The notes under the pieces: generated by a model
What the model was told of the DNA's origin: nothing
What the model saw: the letters and a program-made list of their open reading frames with translations, nothing else
The model's database searches: none
Shown here: positions 35,587-47,126 of the stretch, piece by piece
How positions within the stretch are numbered: position 1 is the first letter of the stretch
Layout of the letters: every line of letters begins with the position of its first letter
Position numbers and translations under genes: made by a program
Assembly (NCBI GenBank): GCA_963695855.1
Contig: CAVOHZ010000010.1
Location: 1,248,001-1,312,000, forward strand
Direction of reading: 5' to 3'
Source: an uncultured Nitrososphaerales archaeon
Lineage (GTDB): Archaea > Thermoproteota > Nitrososphaeria > Nitrososphaerales > Nitrososphaeraceae
DNA length: 64,000 nucleotides

Positions 35587-35829
35587 AAAGTATTTAAAAA
35601 AAATTTATAATATTATTGAATATTGCAATAGTCACCCATATTTTAATCTAAATCTAAAAAGATGGATAAAGTAAGTAAGCATTATCTCATTGAGAAATAA
35701 TATTTCTTTTCTAACAAAAAGTAAAATAATCAAAATATGTCATTAAACAAGATTACAGAAGAAAGGGAAAAAGAAAAAGGAGAAAGGGAAAAGGAATAGA
35801 TATGAAATTAAATTTTATAAAATAGTATT

Positions 35830-36510
35830 TTATTCAGGATGACCATGTCCTGCTTGTGGGTTATATGGTATAAAGTAGTTATTTAAGAATCTATGATCAA
35901 TTCCTGCAGATACTATATGTTTATCTTCTGGCATAGGTCCTTTATCTAGTATAAATGCAGCAGGTACTGCTATATGCTTGAACCAAGCAACTAATTCAGG
36001 ATGTTTTTCACCATTGTCCGTTCTTATCAGATCATGATAGTGAACATATCCTTGTTTAGCAAATTCATATGCAGTTGTATTTGTCCAAGGAGCAATTAAA
36101 ACATCAACTACATACAATAACTCATTACCTTTTGCATCAGATGACCACCAATTCTCTTCTCCAAAAGGACCTATATTATAATGTAATCCATACAGGTGAG
36201 TCGGTGAGTTTTGCCACCAATAGTGGCCAGGTGCATCTTTTGTACCATTGGCACCGTCTGCTGGGCCATCAAAATAATATCCTACACCATCCAGTTTAAT
36301 TACTATTCCATGAGTAAAAGTTTGTGAGTTTTGATAATTGGTTTCATTATTAGTAGATGAAGATATTCCAGAGGAATAATCGGTAGTTAAATTTTGGGCA
36401 GATACATTGTTGTTATTATTAGTAATCAAGATTCCTGATATAATTGCAATAGTCGTTATTATGATTATGAAATTTAATGATTTGTTCATGTACTCTAGAA
36501 GAATCAACAA
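35830..36510 (-). CDS. Secreted His-rich hypothetical protein
   Basis: Signal peptide from MNKSL; GHYW, LHYN and VHYHD motifs. Confidence 0.75.
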   Translation of the reverse strand: MLILLEYMNKSLNFIIIITTIAIISGILITNNNNNVSAQNLTTDYSSGISSSTNNETNYQNSQTFTHGIVIKLDGVGYYFDGPADGANGTKDAPGHYWWQNSPTHLYGLHYNIGPFGEENWWSSDAKGNELLYVVDVLIAPWTNTTAYEFAKQGYVHYHDLIRTDNGEKHPELVAWFKHIAVPAAFILDKGPMPEDKHIVSAGIDHRFLNNYFIPYNPQAGHGHPE

Positions 36511-36590
36511 TTCTTATAAAACCTTCTTTATCTAATTCATTAAAGAGGTAAAATCTATTTGAGATATCAGAATCCATAGTTAATATTGCA

Positions 36591-37154
36591 TTGTTAAATC
36601 CCAAAGCTCACTACCATTCTTACGCTTTCGCTCACCCTGCTAATATAAAGAAATTAATAATTATGGATTTCCCATATCCAGGTTTTCTACCGCCTGAGTT
36701 TGGTGAGAATGGACCTTGGTGGTTTGCTTTTCATCAGACACCTAATTTGCCCGAATTTCTGGTAGAAGGTAAAGAACGAGAATATATATCATGGTTCTTT
36801 AAAGAGTTAGCATATAATCCATCTGCAATTACCGAAGAAGATATAGATATATTTGTAAACCATTTTTCAGCACCTGGTACAGCGTGTTCGGCATTTGAAT
36901 ATTTTAGAGCTTTTACAATTGATGCAGAACAAAATATAGAATCAGCCAAAACTAAGATAACAATACCTGTATTAGCATTAGGTGGTGATATTTATCCAGG
37001 GTTAGGTGGTGATATACCTGGCAACTTTGCAACAAGCTCCTTACAATCATTAGCTACTAATGTAACTGGAATCACTGTTCCACTCTCAGGACACTGGATT
37101 CCTCAAGTGCGACCGGACTTTGTAATAGACCAGCTATCTAAATTCTTTGACTAA
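36591..37154 (+). pseudogene. Alpha/beta hydrolase (epoxide-hydrolase-like), 5'-truncated
   Basis: WWFAFHQ, YFRAF and SGHWIP present; nucleophile region missing. Confidence 0.75.
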
Positions 37155-37181
37155 AATAAGAATATCAAAGCTAATGAAATA

Positions 37182-37270
37182 ATGAAGAAGATTGAAGGAA
37201 AAATTATAGTTATTACTGGTGGAAACAGTGGCATTGGTCTAGCTACTACAAAGAGATTTCTTTCAGAGGA
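37182..37270 (+). pseudogene. SDR oxidoreductase 5' fragment
   Basis: MKKIEGKIIVITGGNSGIGLATTKRF, then breaks off. Confidence 0.7.
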
Positions 37271-38104
37271 ACTGAATCTATAACACGATTAAATCTGTAG
37301 TTATTTTATATTGTGAAATACCGTTAAGTTTGGTGATACTTTTTGAATGATCTGCTAATCTAATTTGTTTGGATTACTATTTATTCAATATTAAACGAAA
37401 ATTTCTTTGTTTCAATAAAGATGATTATATTTTATGCATGTGTATCCCTATTTTTTAATAATTTCTTATCTATAAAATACGGAGGACTGAGCTGCTCCAA
37501 ATTTTTTGTGTGTACTAATTTTTTTGTTAATAAAACACCTGCTATGTGTTGATTATATAAAAATATAAAATATATTCTATTTTAAACGAATGTTAGGTAT
37601 AAACGAATGTTAAGTATAAACAAAGAAAACATGAACATTTACCTGTATTTTATTTCTATCTTTCTTCCTTCTTTTGGAATATCCCTATTAAGTATCATCA
37701 ATAGTTATTCTTTGTTTATTTATAATCAAGATACAAATAAATTTTAACAATAATTGTTATTAAATCAAAAAAAAAATTTTCCAAGTAGATTATCTTATGT
37801 ATTTATAAAAAAAATATTTGTTTATTTATTAATAATAGAATTTCCAAAAAAGCCGAGGTCAGATAAATTTAAATCACTTTTTGAACATTTGTTTCATCAT
37901 TAACAAAAAAGACCTACTAAAGGTTAAATCAATATAATATATCTCATCTCAATCATTCTATATGAAAAGAACGTTAAGTATAAACAAAGGACAAAACAAC
38001 AACAATCTCTTCAATTTAAAATACGTAAACAGATATTATGATGGAATACCAAATAAATATTAGAAAAACCAATTAAATCATTATTCAGTTAAGGATTTGA
38101 CTAT

Positions 38105-39125
38105 TACTAAGTTATCAAATTTAACCAATCAATATTTTTTGTATAATTATGTACAAATTGTTTCAAAAAACTCCAAAAATGATGTGAATGTCCTTGAACT
38201 TTTAGATGGCATAATTCATGTATTATTATATCATCAATAATATCCTCTGGAGCTTTAAATTCCTATTCGATTTTATAGTATCTTTTTTGGGTGGTGTTAA
38301 GTTAATGGAAGAGCTATACCTGTGAATGTTCTATTCTAACAATATATGTTGTTAAGATTTGTCAGAAATAGAACGTCCACTATTATTGTAATGTACTCTT
38401 TGTATTTGTACTTTCTTGGTCTCACTCTACGAAATACATCTAAAGCACTGGAACCTTTTAAGGATAAAAATAGAAGTCATGTACAGTTTGGGAATGGATC
38501 CAACGTTTTGGTTCATTACAGATTTACAAGAGAAAAAGAGTTTAGCATTCATCCTAGATGAAATAATAATTCAGATTGGTAACCAGGATTTCTAGTTGTG
38601 GATCTGTATTCAACCTGTTGAAAAATGTGCTTGCAATCTATATTTCTGAAGAAAGAAACATGTTTGTAGCAGAGAATTTTATCCGATCTCTTGTATCAAG
38701 ATATAGTAGACATACAGTTTACACCGATGGAGGAACATGGTACCCTCAAGCCTGTAATTTTTTACATTTGAAACATAGATTGCATTTACATTTGGATGAG
38801 AGTTTTATAGAAAGGGTAATGCAGTATTTTAAGGATAGAACAGAATCCTTTGATGATTACTATCCATGTATCAACCAAAAGAGAAATTGTGATCTACAAT
38901 ATGTATACGATTGGATCAAACTATTCATTTATCTGTATAACGCAAAAGCTAGAAATACATTTCCATTCAATATTGGAGGTGAAATAATCTTAACTTAACA
39001 GGATCCTTTTTTGGTAACACTTCCCCATCTATTTCTTAAACTCTTTAAGATTATCCTGTTTGGAGTACAATCTTCAATTATTTTACTATATTTTTTTATT
39101 TTTGTAAAAGTTCTTTTGCTTTTTG
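38105..39125 (-). pseudogene. M48/YgjP-like metallopeptidase pseudogene interrupted by IS6
   Basis: Right of the IS: LKSLRNRWGSVTKK; left of it: KAPEDIIDDIIIHELCHLKVQGHSHHFW (HExxH). Confidence 0.72.
38290..39005 (+). mobile_element. IS6-family element (716 bp) with frameshifted transposase and 8-bp TSD
   Basis: TIRs GGTGGTGTTAAGTTAA / TTAACTTAACAGGATC; CTTTTTTG at 38282-38289 and 39006-39013; YTDGGTWY and FKDRTESFDDYYPC. Confidence 0.92.
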
Positions 39126-39138
39126 ACTTAACATGTTA

Positions 39139-39181
39139 ACGGGCTCGGAAGGCTTCGAGTATGACATGCAGTTGGGATCGG
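39139..39181 (+). repeat. att-like repeat, type B
   Basis: ACGGGCTCGGAAGGCTTCGAGTATGACATGCAGTTGGGATCGG. Confidence 0.8.
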
Positions 39182-39203
39182 TTTTCTGTTATTTTATTTT
39201 ACT

Positions 39204-40205
39204 TTATTTTATCGATTTTAAATTCAAAGTATAAACTATATCATTATACCATTTTCTTAAAACTGAATCAGATATTCCTATTGATTTTGCAATTTCTCTT
39301 TGTGTTTTTGTTTTTCCTTTTTTACCGTTATAATCCTCATCAAATTTACAAGCAGCATATACAGTTGAAGCAGCAATTGCTATTGGATTTTTTCCTTCGT
39401 GAATCATATTTCGTTTTACATCTGCCATGATTTGTAATGCTTTACGTTCTGTACTCTCATTTAAATTCATTTTATTTGTTATTTTTATAATACATTTCAT
39501 TGGATCTATAAGAGGTACGGTCTCTAAACCAAATTCAATGACAAGAATTCTATAATAATGTGAAATAGTTCTTATCTTTACATTAGTTGCTTTTGAAATC
39601 TCTTTTAGTGTTGTGGGTCTTTCAAATTCTTTACATGCTAAATAAATTGAAGCAGAAACTATTCCATCCATTGTTCTTCCACGTACAATTCCCAATGTTT
39701 GTGCTTTTTTATAAAAGTAAAATGATTTTTTTATTATAGCATCTGAAATACCAAGTTTGTATTTTAATTTATTCAGTTGTACAAAAGCATATTTTAAATT
39801 TCTGTCTGTTGCATTATTATATCTTGTTCTTTGCTCCAATACTCTCAATTTATTTATAATGTTCTCCATATCTGTTCCAATTTTTCTTCCTGTAGCATCC
39901 ACATTAGTTCTTCCTATGATTGTAGGCGATTCAATATTATAGGGTAGAATATTCCTTGTATTGTGAGACATCAGCTCATTATTAATTACCTGTGCAGTAC
40001 CGTTAACATTGTTCATCTCTTCATAAATTCGTGGTGAAGGACATTCATCATTCTTCTCATCAGATAAAACTTTACCGCATTTAACGCAAATTACTTCTCT
40101 CGTTTCAGGATCGGATATAGTTTTATAATTATCATTACAAATTAAACATAATGATCTTTTATCATTAATATTCTCGATACCATTCTCATAATTGTTATAA
40201 CTCAA
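39204..40205 (-). CDS. tfb: Transcription initiation factor IIB paralog
   Basis: N-terminal Zn ribbon (CLIC..CVKCG); RNLKYAF, RGR, ASIYLAC, GKNP.AIAAS, TQREIA cyclin repeats. Confidence 0.9.
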   Translation of the reverse strand: MSYNNYENGIENINDKRSLCLICNDNYKTISDPETREVICVKCGKVLSDEKNDECPSPRIYEEMNNVNGTAQVINNELMSHNTRNILPYNIESPTIIGRTNVDATGRKIGTDMENIINKLRVLEQRTRYNNATDRNLKYAFVQLNKLKYKLGISDAIIKKSFYFYKKAQTLGIVRGRTMDGIVSASIYLACKEFERPTTLKEISKATNVKIRTISHYYRILVIEFGLETVPLIDPMKCIIKITNKMNLNESTERKALQIMADVKRNMIHEGKNPIAIAASTVYAACKFDEDYNGKKGKTKTQREIAKSIGISDSVLRKWYNDIVYTLNLKSIK

Positions 40206-40355
40206 TATTATTTAATACGTATAAAGATAATTTATGTATTTAATAGGTCATAAAATATTCAAGTTATTGATATCAATTTTTCATTACAGCAAAACTATCT
40301 TAGTTGAACCATAATTGAACCATCACCTTTAATAGCTCTTGTTTATTGTCAAAAC

Positions 40356-40949
40356 TTACCTTGTTACCGTTTCACAATCTACGGTTTTTCTGTCACCTTC
40401 CAGATTGTTAAAGTTTACTGCGATATCATTTCCTGGTCCACATATATAAAAATCAGCACCTGAATCACCAATCAAGGTATCATTCCCATTCCCTCCTATC
40501 AGTTTATCATCACCTTTATTTCCTTTAAGTATATCATTTCCATCTCCACCATCAAGTAGATCATCTCCTAAATTACCAACTATATCATCATCTCCTGCTC
40601 CACCATACAATTTATCGTTTCCAGAATCACCTATCAGCTCATCTTCACCTTCGTTTCCGTTCAATATATCATAACCCAATCCGCCGAACAAAATGTCATT
40701 GGCTTTTCCTCCATTTATGCAATCATTAGTAATACTTCCATGTATCATCGCTCTTGAAGAAGAAGCATTTATTACTTCATCACATTCGGATATATCAAAA
40801 ATACCTGATAAAGAAGAGGTTTGACCATCTATCGGTAAAGTATTATAAATGCTAAGAATGAATACAATAGAAATAACAATCGCAATTGCTATAGTTAGAA
40901 TAAAGGTAATAGATTTAGTGTAGAAATTTGATGTTATTTTTATTTCCAA
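40356..40949 (-). CDS. Hemolysin-type (RTX) calcium-binding protein
   Basis: Repeated GGxGxDxL nonapeptides; N-terminal TM. Confidence 0.9.
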   Translation of the reverse strand: MEIKITSNFYTKSITFILTIAIAIVISIVFILSIYNTLPIDGQTSSLSGIFDISECDEVINASSSRAMIHGSITNDCINGGKANDILFGGLGYDILNGNEGEDELIGDSGNDKLYGGAGDDDIVGNLGDDLLDGGDGNDILKGNKGDDKLIGGNGNDTLIGDSGADFYICGPGNDIAVNFNNLEGDRKTVDCETVTR

Positions 40950-41985
40950 TTATAAAATATAAATGATCAATCTATCTTTTAAGATATTTGTTTTTTGATT
41001 TGATCTATAAGATGTATACATTTGGGATTAAACCATTTGTATATAGATAAGAGAATGGGAATTGCAATTCCATTTCTCAAAAGAGGTGAATTATACACTT
41101 TTAGGAAAGATAATGATAGACAATTTTATTTCTAATTCATTCCAATTAACATTTCAGAAAATCTTTTAGAAAAATAGAAATGATTGGTGCTGATACAGAA
41201 AATCTGTAATACTAAAGTAATTAATGTTAGTTTTCATCTGTTATAAAATCTAGTAACTACCTTTGATAACTGAATACAATAGAAAATGATACAAAAAATG
41301 ATGTCGAACAATAATAATAGATTACAAAAAATGATTTTTTTGGGTGTGATAACAGTTACAACAATCTTCGTACTTGGAAATCTGGATGAAAATTTTGTAC
41401 AAGCGTATTCTCAAAAACAAGATCAAGAAGCGACCAATTTATCATCTATGAATTGACTGGAAAATTGGTTGTATTGCCACCATCACAACAACAGCAATCT
41501 CAATAATAACAATAATTAATTTCCAATTGCTTTTTTTTGTTTTTGTTGCTATTGTTTTACATATCATTAATTGTGTTATGCAAATTATCACATTGGTGAA
41601 GACATTAGATTTAAACAGTATAAGTAGAGACTGTCATACTGGTTTAAAGTTTTATTTCTATCAAAATATTCTTGACACATTTCCTGATTATCTAAATACA
41701 ATTTTTTGATGACGTACCATATCCAGTACTTTCGTATAACATTCGTAATGTCTAGTTATACAGATAACCAGATTCTAATATCTTACCATAATATCGTAAT
41801 GATCATGATTATATCACCTTTGAACACAAAAAACCTTAGATTAGAAAGGTCACTCATAACAAGGGGATTTCCAGTTGGGTCAGAGAATAGATAACAGGGA
41901 AGGACTTTTCTATGTATTCAAAGTATCTTGTACTATATACAGGAATAAAGTGAATCTAATATAAAAGATATAGTATATCTAAAAT

Positions 41986-43386
41986 ATGAATGATAAAAAA
42001 ATAGTGACGATAAATCCAGCTACTGAGCAAGTTTTAGCAGAGTATGATAGTATGAATAAAGAGCAAGTTGTTGAGATTATAAAAAAATCAAGAAGTGGAT
42101 TTGCACAATGGAGGAAAGATAGTCATAATAGGTCATTTTTTTTACATCAGTTGTCTGAAAAATTACAAACTGATAGAGAAAGACTGGCAAAAATAGCTAC
42201 ACAAGAAATGGGAAAACCAATAAAAGAATCACGAGCAGAATTGGATAAATGTTCATGGGCGATGAATTTTTATGCATATAATGGCGAAATCTTTCTACAG
42301 AATGAGTCATTAAATAGTGATGCAATTAAGACGACAATACTGTTTCAACCACTGGGAATAATCGGGAGTATAATGCCATGGAATTTTCCCTACTGGCAAG
42401 CATTAAGGGTTGCAGCACCCGCGTTGATGACAGGAAATACAATAGTATTGAAACCGTCTAGTACCACACCACAATGTGGAATCGAAATAGAAAATTTGAT
42501 GAAGGAGATAGACTTACCAGAAGGAGTATTTAGTACTTTAGTTGGAAATTCAAGCGTAGGAGAAATATTGATTGATTCAGATATAAATGGGATAACATTT
42601 ACCGGCAGCGTAGAAATTGGTGCAAAGGTTGCACAAAGGGCAACATCTCAACTTAAAAAATGTGTACTTGAGCTAGGTGGAAGTGATCCTTTCATAGTCT
42701 TGGATGACGCAGATATAGACAAATCTGCACTTGGGGCAGTAAAAGGGAGATTTTTAAACTGTGGACAGAGTTGTATTGCTTCAAAACGCTTCATTATAAC
42801 AAAAAACGTTGCCAAAGAATTTATTGAAAAATTTGTAGAAAAAACTGAAGATCTCAAAGTAGGAGATCCGCTGAAAGATGAGACTGATATAGGTCCGCTT
42901 TCAAGCATGAGTAGTATAGAAAAAATCGACATGATGGTTAAGGATGCAATTAGTAAAGGTGGCGAGATATTTACTGGTGGTGATAGGATAGGAGATAAAG
43001 GTGCATTTTATAAACCCACGATAATTGGTAAAGTTACTTCAAACATGCGTGTAGCAAAAGAGGAAACATTTGGACCAGTGGCTCCAATTACAGTTGTAGA
43101 GGATGAAAGTGAAGCCATTAAAATAGCAAATAATTCTGAATTCGGTTTGGGAGCTTGCATATGGACTCAAAATCTAGATAAAGCAGAAACACTATCGGAG
43201 ATGGTAGAATCTGGACTTGTCACTGTAAATAATGTGGTTCGATCAGATCCAAGAATTCCATTTGGGGGTATTAAGCATAGTGGGTTTGGAAGGGAATTAT
43301 CTCGATATGGAATGCTGGAGTTTGTAAATATAAAAACTGTACGGTTCTATGATAGATTAGTCCATGAACACCATAATGTAGAATAG
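41986..43386 (+). CDS. NAD(P)-dependent succinate-semialdehyde-type aldehyde dehydrogenase
   Basis: MPWNFP, FTGS, LELGGSDP, GQSC, EETFGPV, PFGGIKHSGFGRE. Confidence 0.93.
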   Translation: MNDKKIVTINPATEQVLAEYDSMNKEQVVEIIKKSRSGFAQWRKDSHNRSFFLHQLSEKLQTDRERLAKIATQEMGKPIKESRAELDKCSWAMNFYAYNGEIFLQNESLNSDAIKTTILFQPLGIIGSIMPWNFPYWQALRVAAPALMTGNTIVLKPSSTTPQCGIEIENLMKEIDLPEGVFSTLVGNSSVGEILIDSDINGITFTGSVEIGAKVAQRATSQLKKCVLELGGSDPFIVLDDADIDKSALGAVKGRFLNCGQSCIASKRFIITKNVAKEFIEKFVEKTEDLKVGDPLKDETDIGPLSSMSSIEKIDMMVKDAISKGGEIFTGGDRIGDKGAFYKPTIIGKVTSNMRVAKEETFGPVAPITVVEDESEAIKIANNSEFGLGACIWTQNLDKAETLSEMVESGLVTVNNVVRSDPRIPFGGIKHSGFGRELSRYGMLEFVNIKTVRFYDRLVHEHHNVE

Positions 43387-43400
43387 CACATAATTACTTA

Positions 43401-43680
43401 AGTTCTGTTAATTTACTATAAATTCAACTCTTCGTGCATCTCAACTATGAAATGATTTTCAAATGTTTTACCACTATACATAGAAATACAGAATTGTATA
43501 CAGTTATGTATTTGAAACAATTTTCAAATAATGAATGCAAATACTGTTTCAATCCAATCACGTTGCTTACTTGTGGACATCATGTACCATAATCGGTGTA
43601 AACTGGATATTTTCCATATCTTGACACAACTGATCTAATAAATTTTCCGCAACTACATGTTGTAACTTGAGATATAGATT
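43401..43680 (-). mobile_element. 3' half of a split IS6 element
   Basis: Reverse complement matches IS6 from AATCTATATCTCA onward (VAENFIRSVVSRYGK, NVIGLKQYLHS); TIR-like AGTTCTGTTAATTTA at 43401. Confidence 0.78.
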
Positions 43681-43709
43681 TAAGTGACGAATTTGTACTT
43701 TAGATAGAT

Positions 43710-45119
43710 ATGCTGTCTGCCTTGTCTTCGTCGTCGTTAAGAACAACAGCAAGAAAGAAGCTTAAAAAGGACTCATATACGTCCAATTATACCCCTTACG
43801 ACAAGTTTTTTCACTCGATACATAGTGACTCTACGAAAATAATGTATTCTTTTTGTTTAAAAAGGTTCCTAAAGTTCTGCAAATTTACAAAATATGAACA
43901 GTTATTGCAGATTTCTAATAAAAAGAAGGAAGAAGCAATAAGGGACCATATCATGTATTTGTTACACCATGAAAAACTGTCGTATTCAAGCATTAACAAC
44001 ACCGCTGCAGCCATTAAACATTTTTACGTTCTAAATGGAGTACGTCTATTACTTTGGGACGAGTTAAAGAGTCTAAAGGGAAAAAAGAAATCTGTAATAG
44101 TAGATAGAAAATATACTCCTGAAGAACTTAAAACATTAATTGAGTATGCGGACCTGCGTGAAAAAGTAGCAATTCTTACCATGCTTTCTTCGGGGATAAG
44201 GGTTGGTGCACTTGCAGACCTGCGTATTGGTGACCTAACATACAATGAAGAATACAAACTTTACAGGATTGTAGCATACAGTCAAGATACCGCTGAATCG
44301 TATGTAACTTATTGTACCCCCGAATGTGCTAATTATATCAATCTGTATTTGGAAGATAGAAAGAAGGGTGGCGAGACTATCACACCTGATTCACCACTTA
44401 TCACACACAAGATAAATTCAAAATCTATGAACAAAGAAAGTAAGGGTTTCATGGGTTCTCAATCTATTGAAAAGTTGTTGGACCGTGAAAGACATGACGC
44501 TAAGGTAATATCTCGTACTACAATGAAGGAGCTAAAGAAGAGAGTTGCTGCAGAAGAACAGAAGGGTAAGGGTAGTGGTGGTAAGGGTAAGACTAAAGGA
44601 CAATTAATTAGGAAGGAAGTAATGCGTACGCATGGATTTAGAAAAATTTTCGATACTGCATGTGTTGATTATGGTGTTAATCCTGTAATTAAAGAAGTAT
44701 TAATGGGACATAAAACCAAGTTGGGTTTGGATACAAGTTACTACAGACCAGGAGACGAAAATCAACTAATGCAGGAATATCTCAAAGTCATTGACGCATT
44801 AACGATAGACGACACATATAGATTAAGACGTAAGACTGAAAAACTTGAGAAAGAAGTTGAAGAAATCAATCTTTTAAAACGTCAACTTATGGAACTTGAG
44901 AAAGACAAAAAAGAGTATGAAGAAAAGACTAAGAAAGAAATAGACGCATTGTGGGAACTTAATGAAAAGCGGGAAATTGATATTTATAAAGAAGCCGTAG
45001 AATTTGCAACAAAACCAATTTCTTATGAGAAATATAAAGAACGAGAAAAAAGAAAATTAGAAAGAAGAAAGATTAATTTTTTACCAGAAAATAGAAGATG
45101 GAAAAAAATAAAAAAATGA
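43710..45119 (+). CDS. int: Tyrosine recombinase / integrase
   Basis: SGIRVGAL (R), HGFR (HxxR), LMGH and TSYY (Y); C-terminal coiled coil. Confidence 0.92.
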   Translation: MLSALSSSSLRTTARKKLKKDSYTSNYTPYDKFFHSIHSDSTKIMYSFCLKRFLKFCKFTKYEQLLQISNKKKEEAIRDHIMYLLHHEKLSYSSINNTAAAIKHFYVLNGVRLLLWDELKSLKGKKKSVIVDRKYTPEELKTLIEYADLREKVAILTMLSSGIRVGALADLRIGDLTYNEEYKLYRIVAYSQDTAESYVTYCTPECANYINLYLEDRKKGGETITPDSPLITHKINSKSMNKESKGFMGSQSIEKLLDRERHDAKVISRTTMKELKKRVAAEEQKGKGSGGKGKTKGQLIRKEVMRTHGFRKIFDTACVDYGVNPVIKEVLMGHKTKLGLDTSYYRPGDENQLMQEYLKVIDALTIDDTYRLRRKTEKLEKEVEEINLLKRQLMELEKDKKEYEEKTKKEIDALWELNEKREIDIYKEAVEFATKPISYEKYKEREKRKLERRKINFLPENRRWKKIKK

Positions 45120-45201
45120 TTATAAACAATCATTCATTCATTCATTGTAAGAAAAAAACATAAAAAAAATTTAGTAAAATTATAAATTTAATTTAAAAAA
45201 A

Positions 45202-45570
45202 TTAAAAAGAATAGTCGTCTTCCAGGTAAGATTTTGATTCTTCTTTATTCGTACTACTAACTTTTAATATATCTGCAGGTAATTTCTCAACTTCCTGGAT
45301 TGTATTGAATCTAATACCAAATTCTATTGCAAAGATATGTTTACACCTATCTGTTCTATTACTTTCAAAGTCTTTGCAACTGCACCATTCAAAAACTGAA
45401 GGTTCATAACGTACGAAGTATTAACGTGAATCACTACTTTCAGATTCTACATAATACGTGTTTTTCTTGTTCTGAAGGTGGTAGATATTGCGGGAGAGAG
45501 CGATTGCCCTTGCTCTCCCTTCTCGTCTATTCTTTGATTTCTCAATTGTTTTAGAAACTGTTTGTTTCAT
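45202..45570 (-). pseudogene. SWIM zinc-finger protein with internal TAA
   Basis: MKQTVSK...YYVESESSDSR*YFVRYEP..WCSCKDF...RCKHIFA; missed by the ORF track. Confidence 0.8.
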
Positions 45571-45687
45571 TGGTATAGTATAGTTGGTATAATTCTTATT
45601 TAAAGTATATTATTAATGATACGTATAACTTATATACCGATTAGTATAAGTGTAGTCATGGAAAATAGTATATTGGGTACTAATAGC

Positions 45688-45822
45688 ATGGTAAAGACTA
45701 TCAAAATCAGTGAAGACATACACACCAGACTTTTGAAAGTTGGTTCAATGGGAGAGACGTTTGAAGACGTTATTGAAAGGTTACTGGATTTTTATGAAAG
45801 TAAAGGGAAGTCTCAGAAATGA
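45688..45822 (+). CDS. Small ribbon-helix-helix (CopG/antitoxin-like) protein
   Basis: MVKTIKISEDIHTRLLKVGSMGETFEDVIERLLDFY. Confidence 0.8.
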   Translation: MVKTIKISEDIHTRLLKVGSMGETFEDVIERLLDFYESKGKSQK

Positions 45823-46091
45823 TAGACAATAATAATACCAGCAATAAAGACAGCAGAAGACATGGAAGGATTTATAATAAGAAAGAACTAAGGGAGAATT
45901 TTGAGGATATAGACGATATCTTACAAAACTTTGAAATGCTGTTACAGGAATTAATAGGAGAGCTGGATATAGATAAAGAAGAAATCAATACCGAAGAGGT
46001 AAGGAGCATATTGAAAGCGATGGAATATTTATGCGATGACCTTGACGACTCACCTCTTATTAATAAAATGAAACAGAATGAGTCAAAATAA
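45819..46091 (+). CDS. Acidic hypothetical protein
   Basis: ATGA overlap with the RHH gene. Confidence 0.7.
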   Translation: MIDNNNTSNKDSRRHGRIYNKKELRENFEDIDDILQNFEMLLQELIGELDIDKEEINTEEVRSILKAMEYLCDDLDDSPLINKMKQNESK

Positions 46092-46566
46092 TATTTATCC
46101 AAAAACCTGTTCTTATGGGTGTGGTTTACAAATCTACTGGAATACTGCAGAGAATACATTTTTTGAAGTTTTAACACAAAAGAAGCATATTTGTCCTAAC
46201 AGCAGAAAACCTAGTACTCCAGCTAATACTACTACAGGTAATTCATATAATTATAGTAAAAAACCCTGGTTACCAAAACAGAAAATGTCTAATTCCTTTG
46301 AATTACTTTCTGGTACGATTGCAAGTGTACAGAGACAATATGAAGTTCTGTCGGATATCGTTATAGAACTTAATGGTAAGGTACATGGTTCTCAAAGGGA
46401 TAGAGATTCAAGAACCGGTATGTTAGACTTGCTGGTATATTATGAAGTACTTGAAGGTAAGAGAGACGAAGTAAAGAGAAGGTTTGAATTTATCAAAAAC
46501 AAGCCTTCTTCGTCTACTAATGCTGCTAGTACCTATATTCCAAGTGGTAGTAGTGTAGCAGCCTAA
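46078..46566 (+). CDS. Hypothetical protein with N-terminal Cys/His zinc-binding motif
   Basis: CSYGCG...HIC; overlaps the previous gene. Confidence 0.72.
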   Translation: MSQNNIYPKTCSYGCGLQIYWNTAENTFFEVLTQKKHICPNSRKPSTPANTTTGNSYNYSKKPWLPKQKMSNSFELLSGTIASVQRQYEVLSDIVIELNGKVHGSQRDRDSRTGMLDLLVYYEVLEGKRDEVKRRFEFIKNKPSSSTNAASTYIPSGSSVAA

Positions 46567-46607
46567 TGTATATATATACTTAAACTCCTAGTAGTAGTGT
46601 AATACGC

Positions 46608-47126
46608 ATGAAGGCATTATCAGACAAAGCGAAGGTTGAACAGTTAACGGATACGCTTGCTGACCTCCTTCGTCCCAGCGATGAGGAAAATAGGGCCACA
46701 GAATTAAGTTTGTGGAAGGTATGGGCTTATCATTGTTACCGTTGTAATTATCTCTGGTTTCCTAAAGATTATGATTATGGGCTTGATAATCCCATTCTAA
46801 ATATGACTCCTCCTACGTCATGTGCCAGGTGTAAATCAAAATACTGGAATAAGATTCCACAAAGAAGGACAAAGAATTATGATAATATGCTTGCACTTCC
46901 CAGAATAGTGGCATTGAGTTTGAAGTATTTTCTTGATAGGTTTGGCAGTCCTGAAGAATTCCAGAAAGTGTATAGGGAATTCATGGCACGTAATCCCTAT
47001 ATAAAAGATAACGTAGAATTTGACGAAGCGTTCAGAAAAGAATTCGATACCCCTGACAGGATAATAATATCTAGAAATGTGAGAGATATAATTGATAGTG
47101 CAGTAGAGATAAGAAGAAATAACTAA
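46608..47126 (+). CDS. Zinc-finger hypothetical protein
   Basis: CYRCNYLW...CARCKSKYWN. Confidence 0.75.
   Translation: MKALSDKAKVEQLTDTLADLLRPSDEENRATELSLWKVWAYHCYRCNYLWFPKDYDYGLDNPILNMTPPTSCARCKSKYWNKIPQRRTKNYDNMLALPRIVALSLKYFLDRFGSPEEFQKVYREFMARNPYIKDNVEFDEAFRKEFDTPDRIIISRNVRDIIDSAVEIRRNN

Noticed and set aside
37583-37621. 17-bp tandem TAAACGAATGTTA(G/A)GTA, partly echoed near 37970
   Set aside because: Looks like a local promoter-region duplication with no linked gene; too weak to interpret.
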